Origin: a bacterium
GTDB lineage: Bacteria; Sysuimicrobiota; Sysuimicrobiia; Sysuimicrobiales; Humicultoraceae
DNA length: 24,000 nt
Reading direction: 5' to 3'
Assembly: GCA_030018905.1 (NCBI GenBank)
Contig: JASEHJ010000019.1
Location: 1 to 24,000, forward strand
In this document: positions 1 through 6,446 of the stretch, piece by piece
Numbering within the stretch: position 1 is the first letter of the stretch
Layout: the number at the start of each line of letters is the position of its first letter
Notes under the pieces: model-generated
What the model was told of the DNA's origin: nothing
Database searches by the model: none
Seen by the model: only the letters and a program-made list of their open reading frames with translations
Position numbers and translations under genes: made by a program

Positions 1-189
1 GTCTTCTCCGAGCTGGGCTTTCCACCGGCGCTGGGCCGCGGCCTGTTTGTGCTCTCGCGGGCCGCGGGCATTCTGGCACACGCCTGGGAGCAGAGCACAC
101 AGGGCGAGCGCATCAAGGGGCCGGTTCCTCCCGAGGCCGGCTACACGTACACCGGCGTCCCAAAGAGAGACCTTTCAGAGAAGGCGTAA
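1..189 (+). CDS. Citrate synthase / citryl-CoA lyase family protein, C-terminal fragment (5' end lies outside the window)
   Basis: Frame 1 is open from base 1 to TAA at 187-189. The translation VFSELGFPPALGRGLFVLSRAAGILAHAWEQSTQGERIKGPVPPEAGYTYTG resembles the conserved C-terminal region of the citrate-synthase superfamily (LF..SR..G..AH..EQ). The assignment is from recalled family motifs only. This frame is not in the ORF track because it has no start in the window. Confidence 0.55.
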   Translation, partial: VFSELGFPPALGRGLFVLSRAAGILAHAWEQSTQGERIKGPVPPEAGYTYTGVPKRDLSEKA

Positions 190-216
190 CCCCGGAGTCC
201 CAGCCCCAGGTTTCGT

Positions 217-456
217 CCGCACGAATCGTGCCACTCCCACCACCATTCGTTTGCCACGCACTTCCTGGAGGACGGATACGACATTCGGACCGTCCAGGAG
301 ATCCTCGGGCACCGGGATCTCAGTACGACCACGATCTATACCCACGTCCTGAACCGCGGTGCCGGTGCCGTTCGTAACCCGGCGCCCGCTGAACTCAAAC
401 GCGAGCCAACTGGACGACTACCGTTGACGCGCCGATCGGGTGTGATTACACTGTAA
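217..456 (+). pseudogene. Tyrosine recombinase (integron-integrase/XerCD-like) C-terminal remnant with no N-terminal part
   Basis: Frame 1 translation reads ..[55 protein letters not shown].. This matches the box II region (H-x-L-R-H-S-F-A-T-H-L-L ... LGH ... Y-T-H-V-L) including the catalytic Tyr. There is no start codon, and the frame runs straight on from the stop of the upstream gene. The expected LR of LRHSFATH reads HH, so the catalytic Arg appears lost. The frame ends at TAA 454-456. Confidence 0.7.
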
Positions 457-461
457 TCACA
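424..461 (+). promoter_or_regulatory. Putative mazEF promoter (TTGACG-17 nt-TACACT) overlapped by a perfect inverted-repeat operator
   Basis: TTGACG lies at 424-429, followed by a 17-nt spacer and TACACT at 447-452. TGTGATTACA-c-TGTAATCACA at 441-461 is a perfect 10-bp inverted repeat with a 1-nt spacer. It covers the -10 element and ends 1 nt before the mazE ATG. Confidence 0.5.
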
Positions 462-719
462 ATGGCGACCAAGACACGTATCGTTCGAATCGGCAATTCC
501 CGCGGCATTCGCATTCCGAAGGCGCTCCTCGATCAAGCCCAGTTGCCCGAAGAGGTCGAGCTCCGAGCCGAGCCCGGGCGGCTGGTTGTACGAGCGGCGC
601 ACCGGCCGCGCGACGGTTGGGCCGAGGCAGCCAGGGCGATGCACACGCGCGGCGATGATCGCCTGCTGGAGGAGTCTACCCCGACGCACTTCGACGAGCG
701 GGAGTGGACGTGGTCGTGA
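462..719 (+). CDS. mazE: AbrB/SpoVT-fold antitoxin (MazE family)
   Basis: The 85-aa product starts MATKTRIVRIGNSRGIRIPKALLDQAQL, a typical SpoVT/AbrB swapped-hairpin motif (GNSxGxxIPK). It has an acidic, Trp-containing C-terminal tail (FDEREWTW). Its stop overlaps the start of the downstream MazF-like gene. Confidence 0.85.
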   Translation: MATKTRIVRIGNSRGIRIPKALLDQAQLPEEVELRAEPGRLVVRAAHRPRDGWAEAARAMHTRGDDRLLEESTPTHFDEREWTWS

Positions 720-1048
720 GGCGAGGCCGCGCCGCGCGCGGTGAGGTCCATCTCGTTCGCCTCGACCCGACGTTGGGCAGCGAGATTCGCAAGACACGCC
801 CTTGTCTCATAGTATCTCCTGACGAACTCAATCAATACCTTCGCACCGTCATCATCGCTCCAATGACGACCGCCGAGCAGGCCTACCCTTGGCGCATACC
901 GTGCCGGTTCCAGAACCGGGCCGGCGTTGTGGCACTCGACCAGTTGCGGACCGTGGACAGCGACCGGCTAGTCCGGCGACTAGGTCGGCTGACGCCGGAC
1001 GCCGTCATACGAGTCCTTCGGGGTCTACAGGAGATGTTCGCAGAGTAG
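716..1048 (+). CDS. mazF: MazF/PemK family toxin (mRNA interferase endoribonuclease)
   Basis: The translation ..RGEVHLVRLDPTLGSEIRKTRPCLIVSPDELNQYLRTVIIAPMTT...ALDQLRTVDSDRL matches MazF/PemK hallmarks (G-x-V/I-x-x-V-x-L-D-P, RP-x-L-I/V-V-S, I-x-P-x-T). GTG 716 forms a GTGA overlap with the mazE stop. In-frame GTGs at 704 and 710 are alternative starts. Confidence 0.85.
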   Translation: MRRGRAARGEVHLVRLDPTLGSEIRKTRPCLIVSPDELNQYLRTVIIAPMTTAEQAYPWRIPCRFQNRAGVVALDQLRTVDSDRLVRRLGRLTPDAVIRVLRGLQEMFAE

Positions 1049-1115
1049 CCGCTTTCGCGTCCTGTCTGCGTTCTCGCGATTGGCGGTTCCTCTGGTCTGG
1101 ATCGAACTGACGCAG

Positions 1116-1151
1116 AAAAGGTCGCAGGTTCAAGTCCTGCAGCGCCCACCA
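1116..1151 (+). other. 3' fragment of a tRNA gene (variable loop, T-arm, 3' acceptor strand, CCA); probable att-site remnant, not a functional tRNA
   Basis: The sequence reads AAAAGGTC-GCAGG-TTCAAGT-CCTGC-AGCGCCC-A-CCA. This gives a canonical T-arm (GCAGG/CCTGC with a TTCAAGT loop), a 7-nt acceptor 3' strand, a discriminator A and an encoded CCA. No complementary 5' acceptor strand (GGGCGCT) and no D or anticodon arms can be formed from the 90 nt upstream. Confidence 0.6.
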
Positions 1152-1170
1152 CAGCAACTCCAACACCGAT

Positions 1171-1199
1171 TTGACAGCCACTGACACTGCGCATAATAT
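1171..1199 (+). promoter_or_regulatory. Sigma70-type promoter of the T-box leader (TTGACA-17 nt-TAATAT)
   Basis: A consensus -35 TTGACA lies at 1171-1176, followed by an exact 17-nt spacer and TAATAT at 1194-1199. The predicted TSS is near 1206. Confidence 0.6.
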
Positions 1200-1205
1200 G
1201 ACGCT

Positions 1206-1510
1206 GAAGATCGGCAATGACGAGGACGAGTACGCCGGAACCCCGTTCGAACCGCCGGAGACACGGCGGATGGAGAGAGGCAGGGCCTGGGCTGCGAGCC
1301 CTGCCGGACGGATCGGCGGAAGACCCCCTCTGAGCAGCGGGCGAAGGGTGATCGGATCAGTGATCGCCGTCTAAGCCGCCGGGTGCGCCCGAGAAAGCGC
1401 GGTGAGCGTCCGGGAGCGGCCGTTTCAGTTACGCCGTCGCTGCTCTGGACGGTTGTGAGGGTGGAACCGCGGCAACCCGCCCCTCTGGGGGCGGGTTCGT
1501 GCGTTTTGTG
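1206..1510 (+). promoter_or_regulatory. T-box riboswitch leader (tRNA-sensing transcription attenuator), probably Thr-specific
   Basis: The conserved T-box elements occur in the expected order:
- AAUGACGAGGACGAGUA at 1216-1232 (GA/K-turn motif plus AGUA box);
- an AGAGA bulge at 1274-1278;
- a distal hairpin CAGGGC...GCCCUG at 1281-1303;
- GAA followed by GACC at 1319-1325;
- the T-box core GAGGG-UGGAACC-GCGG-CAAC-CCGC-CCCUC at 1457-1485, which gives an antiterminator with the canonical 7-nt UGGNACC bulge.

The core is mutually exclusive with the terminator stem at 1474-1497. Confidence 0.85.
1474..1510 (+). terminator. Intrinsic terminator of the T-box leader
   Basis: AACCCGCCCC (1474-1483), a tctg loop and GGGGCGGGTT (1488-1497) form a perfect 10-bp GC-rich stem. 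It is followed by cgtgcgTTTTgtg. The 5' arm overlaps the 3' arm of the antiterminator. Confidence 0.75.
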
Positions 1511-1546
1511 GCGTCCCGCGCTTGCTACACGGAAGGGGGCAGCGAT

Positions 1547-2041
1547 GTGACTGGTACAGGTCGAACCGCACGGTTTAGGTTGCAGCACCTGGCGGTGGGC
1601 GCTTTCCTGGTCGTGGCAGTCGCAACTGCCGCCTCAGGCTGCCGGTCAGGCCCGCAGAAGGCGGCGCCCGGCGCGACACCCGGTCCCGCTCCAGTCGGCG
1701 GTGCAGGCATCGCCCGCGTCCAGCAGATCGAGGGCAGCGCCGCGTACCGGACGGCCGTGGACCGATTCATTGCCGAGCGAAGGAAGGCCGATCCGACGCT
1801 CCGCGATCTGGCGCTCGACACCCCGTCTATACTGCGGGCCGTTGTCCCGGAGGCCTGGGTGGCACAGCCGGAGGCTGCGCGCGACAAGTGGGCGCTCGAT
1901 CTGGCCGCCGGGTTTCAGAAGGTGAGGGTGGAGGTAGGGATCCCGCCCGAAGAGATGTTCATGCCCGTTGTGAAGGTGTTTCTGGAAGGCGGCGGGGTTG
2001 TTGCCGAGGTGTGGCGCCGGAGCACGCGTCACTACCGCTAG
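1547..2041 (+). CDS. Predicted lipoprotein of unknown function (164 aa)
   Basis: GTG 1547 lies 7 nt after the SD GGAAGGGGG (1531-1539) and downstream of the leader terminator. The N-terminus VTGTGRTARFRLQHLAVGAFLVVAVATAASGC has a positive n-region, a hydrophobic core and a lipobox-like ASGC. The gene ends 16 nt before thrS. I recognise no family for the mature part. The ORF-track start at 1499 would lie inside the terminator. Confidence 0.6.
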   Translation: MTGTGRTARFRLQHLAVGAFLVVAVATAASGCRSGPQKAAPGATPGPAPVGGAGIARVQQIEGSAAYRTAVDRFIAERRKADPTLRDLALDTPSILRAVVPEAWVAQPEAARDKWALDLAAGFQKVRVEVGIPPEEMFMPVVKVFLEGGGVVAEVWRRSTRHYR

Positions 2042-2057
2042 ACAAGGGGGAACTACC

Positions 2058-3977
2058 ATGGGGTTGATCCGCGTCGCGCTGCCGGGCGGCGAAGAGCACG
2101 AGGTATCGGTGGGAACGAGCGCTGGGGCGCTCGCCGGGCGGCTCGGCCTGGATGGAGTGCTCGCGGCGCTGGTTGACGGGCAACTGCGTGATCTCCGGTG
2201 GCCGCTGGAGTCCGACGCGCGCGTCGAGTTTGTCACTTTCGACGAGCCTGCCGGCCGCGAGGTCTACTGGCACTCGACATCGCACCTGATGGCGCAGGCA
2301 GTCAAGCAGCTCTTTCCCGAGGCCAAGCTGGCCATCGGGCCGCCGATAGAAGACGGGTTCTACTACGACTTCGACATCGGCCGTCCGTTCAGCCCCGAGG
2401 ACCTGGAGCGCATCGAGGCGCGCTTGAAGGAGCTCGCCGCGGCGGACCAGCCGGTTGAGCGCGTTGAGATCCCGCGCGACGAGGCGTACCGGCGGTATCA
2501 GGAGCAGGGAGAGGTCTACAAGCAGGAGCTGCTCGACGAGATCCCGGATGGGATCGTGAGCTTCTACCGACAGGACGGGTTTGCGGACATGTGCCGCGGC
2601 CCGCACGTGCTCCGCACGGGCGCCATTCATGCGATCAAGCTGCTCTCCACCTCCGGTGCCTACTGGCGGGGTGACGAGCGCCGTCCGATGCTGCAACGCA
2701 TCTACGGCGTCTCCTATCCCACGCAGGATCAACTCGACGCCCACCTGCACCGCATGGAGGAGGCCCGGCGAAGGGATCACCGGCGCATCGGCAAGGAGTT
2801 GCGCCTGTTCCACCTTACCCCGGAGGTCGGGCAGGGACTGCCGCTGTGGCTCCCCAAGGGCGCGACGATCCGGCGCATTATCGAGCGCTACATCGTGGAC
2901 CTGGAGCTTGCGTCCGGCTATGACCACGTCTACAGTCAGGAAATCGCGAGTTCCACGCTCTACAAGATGTCAGGTCACTGGGACCACTACCGGGACAACA
3001 TGTATCCCGCGATGAAGCTCGAGAACGAAGAGCTGGTGCTCCGGCCCATGAACTGTCCCCACCACATCATGGTCTACATGCACGACCAGCGCTCCTACCG
3101 GGACCTGCCCGTACGGATCGCCGAGCTCGGCAAGGTCTTCAGGTACGAGCGGTCCGGCGTTCTGACCGGCCTCCACCGCGTCCGGGGCATGACGATGAAC
3201 GACGCCCACATCTTCTGCCGCGTGGACCAGATCAAGGACGAGATCGTAGGGGTGGTCCGGCTGATACAGAAGGTGTACTCGGATTTCCAGATCACCAACG
3301 GCTGGTACCAACTTTCACTCCGCGATCCCGCGGACCACGAGAAGTTCATGCAGAACGACGCGCTCTGGGACCAGGCCGAGAGCATGCTGCGCGAGGCGCT
3401 CACCGAGATGGGCATCGCGTTCAAGGAGGCCAGGGGCGAGGCCGCGTTCTACGGGCCCAAGATTGACGTGCAGGTTCCAACCGCGGCCGGCAAGGACGAG
3501 ACGCTCTCGACGGTTCAGCTCGACTTCCTGCTGCCCGAGCGATTTTCGCTGGAGTACATCGGCGAGGACGGTCGGGCCCACCGACCGGTGATGATCCACC
3601 GTGCGGTCACCAGCACGATGGAGCGGTGGGTGGCGTTTCTGATCGAGACGTACGAAGGCCGGTTTCCCCTGTGGCTGTCTCCGGAACAGGCGCGGATCCT
3701 GCCGATTGCGGACCGGCACGCGGCCTACGCCGGAGAAGTGCTGGCGCAGATGGAAGCCGCCGGGGTGCGCGCGGCCGTGGACGGGACGAACCAGCGCATC
3801 AGCTACAAGATCCGCCAGGCTCAGGTAGAGCAGATCCCCTACATGCTCGTCGTGGGGGACAAGGAGGCCGCATCCGGGGCCGTGGCCGTGCGCAGCCGGT
3901 CAGAGGGGGACTTGGGCCCGATTCCCGTGGCCGGGCTCCTGGAGCGGGTGCTGCGCGAGGTGGCCGCCAAGACTTAG
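2058..3977 (+). CDS. thrS: Threonine--tRNA ligase (ThrRS)
   Basis: ATG 2058 lies 7 nt after the SD AAGGGGG. The protein has an N-terminal TGS domain (MGLIRVALPGGEEHEV), editing-domain motifs (HSTSHLMAQA, CRGPH), the class II core (RDHRRIGKEL, FRYERSG, GLHRVRGMTMNDAHIF) and a C-terminal anticodon-binding domain. The upstream extension in the track (1998) overlaps the lipoprotein gene. Confidence 0.97.
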   Translation: MGLIRVALPGGEEHEVSVGTSAGALAGRLGLDGVLAALVDGQLRDLRWPLESDARVEFVTFDEPAGREVYWHSTSHLMAQAVKQLFPEAKLAIGPPIEDGFYYDFDIGRPFSPEDLERIEARLKELAAADQPVERVEIPRDEAYRRYQEQGEVYKQELLDEIPDGIVSFYRQDGFADMCRGPHVLRTGAIHAIKLLSTSGAYWRGDERRPMLQRIYGVSYPTQDQLDAHLHRMEEARRRDHRRIGKELRLFHLTPEVGQGLPLWLPKGATIRRIIERYIVDLELASGYDHVYSQEIASSTLYKMSGHWDHYRDNMYPAMKLENEELVLRPMNCPHHIMVYMHDQRSYRDLPVRIAELGKVFRYERSGVLTGLHRVRGMTMNDAHIFCRVDQIKDEIVGVVRLIQKVYSDFQITNGWYQLSLRDPADHEKFMQNDALWDQAESMLREALTEMGIAFKEARGEAAFYGPKIDVQVPTAAGKDETLSTVQLDFLLPERFSLEYIGEDGRAHRPVMIHRAVTSTMERWVAFLIETYEGRFPLWLSPEQARILPIADRHAAYAGEVLAQMEAAGVRAAVDGTNQRISYKIRQAQVEQIPYMLVVGDKEAASGAVAVRSRSEGDLGPIPVAGLLERVLREVAAKT

Positions 3978-4034
3978 TCCCCACCGCAATTCGGTCCGGC
4001 CGGCGCCGATCTCCCCTTTGGGAGGTTCTCGCCG

Positions 4035-6446
4035 GTGCGCCTTTTCAATTCACTACCGCCGATCGTATGGGCTGCAGCGGCGTTCGCGTTGGGCATTGCC
4101 GCCGCGGATCGCTGGCCCCTGCCCCCAGGACCTGCATGCGGGCTGGCCGCCGGGGCCGCAACCCTGTGGATCGGGGCGCTCCTGGCACGCGCAGCAGGGT
4201 TCGGTTCGATAGCGGCCCTGGCCTGCTTCACCGGGTTGGGGTTCGCGCAGGCGGCGCTGCACGCGGACCTGGTGCCGTCGTGGCCGGCAGCCGCGGACGG
4301 GCAGCACGTGGAGGCGCGCGGCATCATTGTTGGGCCGCCTGAGGCCGGCCCCTTGGGCTGGCGCGGCGTGGTTCGTCTCCACTCGCTGGAGGCCTGGCAG
4401 TCCCCGCGCGCGCCGCCGTTACCCCCGGCCCATGGGCTGGTGCGCCTGACCGGTCGCGGCCATCCCCCTGGCGTTGGCGTGGGGGCGGAGGTCCTCGTAC
4501 GCGGCCGCTTCCGCCTGGGGCGGCCCGCCGGGAACCCGGGTGAGCGCTCTGAACGGGACGCGCTCCGCCGCAGGGGGCTGCTGGGAGTCATCCGCGTTAC
4601 ACCAGGGGCCGGGATCACGGTACTCCGTCCAGGTGCGTGGTCTGTGCGCGGAGCAGTGGCCGCCTTGCGCCAGAACGTTGTTGCCGGCGTCCTGCGGGCG
4701 CTCCCGGAGCCCCACGACGGTCTGTTGCTCAGCCTGCTCCTGGGGATTGAGACCTACCTTCCGCCCGAACTATACAGACAGTTCTCGCGCGCAGGCTTGG
4801 TCCACTTAATGGTAGTCTCGGGCGCGCAGGTGGCGATTGTCGCAGGCGCCTGCGCATGGGCGGTACGCTTGGCAGGGCTGTCGGCGCTTCCATCCGCGGC
4901 TGCCGGCGTCCTAGGCGTGGGCCTCTTTGCGGTGCTCGTCGGTTGGGCGCCCTCGGTGGGACGCGCGACGATAATGACGGTGGTGGGCCTGGCTGCGGCG
5001 GTGCTGGGGCGCGGCCGCGACCGTGCCGCGACCCTTGCGGCAGCCGCGCTCATGCTGCTGGTGAGCCAGCCGCAGGTGCTCTTCGACATAGGGTTCCAGC
5101 TTTCGTTTGCGGCCACCTGGGGTCTGCTGTATGTGGCACCCGTATTGCGCCCGCGGCTTGTCTTCCTAGGACCATTCCTGGCACCTACGCTCGCCGCTAC
5201 GCTGGGTGCGCAACTCGCGGTGGCGCCCCTGCTCGCCGCTCATTTCCAAGTGCTCTTGGTGGCCGGCATCCTTGCCAACGCACTGGCGCTGCCGGTGATC
5301 GCGGCGCTGGTCCCGGCGGGTCTCGCGCTCACCCTACTGGTCGTTGCCGCACCCGCGGCCGGGGAGCTTCTGGTGGGGCTGCTGCGCCTGCCGCTGGACG
5401 TGGTCCTCTGGATCGGATCGCGCTTCGGCGCGCTTGCCTGGGCGGCGGTGCCAACGCCACCGGTTTCCTCGGTTGCGGCGGCGGCCTTGTTCCTGGGCAT
5501 GGGTGGCTGGGTGGCAGTGCTCTCGGGATACTGGCAGCCACGCAGGGCGCAACTGCTGGCCGGCGGCGGAGTGTGGGTTTGTGCGCTCGCGCTCTGGTAC
5601 GCTGCGGCCCTACGGCCGCCGTCCGCGCTCGTCGTAACGTTCCTAGACGTGGGGCAGGGCGACGCCATCCTGGTTCAGAGCCCATCGGGCCGCGCCGTGC
5701 TCATAGACGGAGGCGGTAATGCGGGCGGCGACCGCATCGGCTGGGACGTGGGCCTCATGCGCGTGGTGCCGGCGCTGCGCCGCTTTGGCGTGCGCCGGCT
5801 CGACGCGGTGATCCTTTCTCATCCCCATGACGACCACGTGGGAGGACTGGTGGCGGTCTTGGAGAACTTCCGTGTCGGGCTCGTGCTGGATCCCGGTGTG
5901 GTTCACCCTGCCCCTGCGTACGCCCGCCTCATCGGAGTCGCCGAGGCCAGGCGGGTTTCCTATCGCGCCGCAAGAGAAGGCGTGGGCCTGGATCTGGGAT
6001 CGGGAGTAGGGTTGACGGTCCTGCACCCGCCCGATCCAGCCCCCCGGCTTGAGGGCGAACCGGCACACGCGGGCGCGCTAGTCGCCCGGCTGATCTACGG
6101 AATGACAGCGGCGCTGCTGACCGGCGACATCGAGGCACCGGTCGAGCAGCACCTCCTGGATCGGGGGACCACGCTGGAAAGCCAGGTGTTGAAGGTGGCG
6201 CACCACGGCAGCCGCACCTCGACGACACCGGCGTTCCTTGCGAAGGTTCGGCCAGGTATCGCCGTGGTCTCGGTGGGCGCGGACAACGCGTTCGGCCACC
6301 CGCATCCGGGCACGCTGGCGGCGCTGGAGAACGCGGGCGCCGCGATCTACCGTACGGATCGGGACGGTGCAGTTACTCTGAGAAGCAACGGAACCCGATG
6401 GCAGGTGACCACCATGAGGAGCCAAACCCGTGCACTCGGGCGTTGA
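4035..6446 (+). CDS. comEC: DNA internalisation competence protein ComEC/Rec2
   Basis: This is an 803-aa polytopic membrane protein. GTG 4035 follows the SD GGGAGG (4020-4025). The central competence domain is Ala/Leu/Gly-rich and transmembrane. The C-terminal metallo-beta-lactamase domain carries FLDVGQGDA and HPHDDHVGG (HxHxDH), plus VAHHGS. Confidence 0.93.
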   Translation: MRLFNSLPPIVWAAAAFALGIAAADRWPLPPGPACGLAAGAATLWIGALLARAAGFGSIAALACFTGLGFAQAALHADLVPSWPAAADGQHVEARGIIVGPPEAGPLGWRGVVRLHSLEAWQSPRAPPLPPAHGLVRLTGRGHPPGVGVGAEVLVRGRFRLGRPAGNPGERSERDALRRRGLLGVIRVTPGAGITVLRPGAWSVRGAVAALRQNVVAGVLRALPEPHDGLLLSLLLGIETYLPPELYRQFSRAGLVHLMVVSGAQVAIVAGACAWAVRLAGLSALPSAAAGVLGVGLFAVLVGWAPSVGRATIMTVVGLAAAVLGRGRDRAATLAAAALMLLVSQPQVLFDIGFQLSFAATWGLLYVAPVLRPRLVFLGPFLAPTLAATLGAQLAVAPLLAAHFQVLLVAGILANALALPVIAALVPAGLALTLLVVAAPAAGELLVGLLRLPLDVVLWIGSRFGALAWAAVPTPPVSSVAAAALFLGMGGWVAVLSGYWQPRRAQLLAGGGVWVCALALWYAAALRPPSALVVTFLDVGQGDAILVQSPSGRAVLIDGGGNAGGDRIGWDVGLMRVVPALRRFGVRRLDAVILSHPHDDHVGGLVAVLENFRVGLVLDPGVVHPAPAYARLIGVAEARRVSYRAAREGVGLDLGSGVGLTVLHPPDPAPRLEGEPAHAGALVARLIYGMTAALLTGDIEAPVEQHLLDRGTTLESQVLKVAHHGSRTSTTPAFLAKVRPGIAVVSVGADNAFGHPHPGTLAALENAGAAIYRTDRDGAVTLRSNGTRWQVTTMRSQTRALGR

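Noticed and set aside
206-246. A possible second att/tRNA-end copy. CAGGTTTCGTCC...CCCACCACCA shows patchy similarity to CAGGTTCAAGTCC...CCCACCA at 1125-1151, which could mark the other island boundary.
   Set aside because: The similarity is limited to two short GC-rich blocks separated by an unmatched insert. The segment is better explained as coding sequence of the recombinase remnant (..[11 protein letters not shown]..). A proper alignment could revisit this.
1062-1151. A complete tRNA gene ending at the CCA at 1149-1151.
   Set aside because: Only the variable loop, T-arm and 3' acceptor strand are present. The required 5' acceptor strand (GGGCGCT or G-U variants) is absent in the 70-95 nt upstream. 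The candidate anticodon stem (TCGAA / AGAAA) does not pair.
800-1151. A tmRNA (ssrA) 3' end, suggested by the tRNA-like T-arm plus ACCA terminus.
   Set aside because: The acceptor would lack the G3:U70 alanine identity pair. The roughly 350 nt upstream, where the tmRNA body would lie, is occupied by the well-supported mazF coding sequence.
400-1170. An integron gene-cassette structure, with attC sites flanking the mazEF pair, suggested by the integron-integrase-like tail of the recombinase remnant.
   Set aside because: I found no RYYYAAC / GTTRRRY core pairs or an attC-like imperfect palindrome after mazF (1049-1115) or before mazE. The recombinase remnant is co-oriented with the TA genes, unlike the usual divergent intI-attI layout.
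1171-1374. A 67-aa ORF (MTATDTAHNMTLKIGNDEDEY...) between the tRNA fragment and the lipoprotein gene.
   Set aside because: It starts inside the promoter -35 element and overlaps Stem I of the T-box leader. The region is explained by the RNA element, and the ORF has no SD.
1959-2927. A 322-aa ORF antisense to thrS. Similar long antisense ORFs occur at 6373-7221 (opposite holA), 16712-17701 (opposite argD) and 17774-18643 (opposite argG).
   Set aside because: Each lies entirely opposite a gene with unmistakable conserved motifs. Their translations are Arg/Pro/Gly/Ala-rich low-complexity sequences without recognisable motifs. Long stop-free antisense frames are expected in very GC-rich coding DNA.
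3626-4342. A 238-aa + strand ORF spanning the thrS end and comEC start. Similar out-of-frame + strand ORFs occur at 4856-5719 and 18995-19663.
   Set aside because: These are alternative frames of well-supported genes. Their Arg/Gly-rich composition is typical of frame-shifted GC-rich sequence, and none has an SD or a sensible start context.
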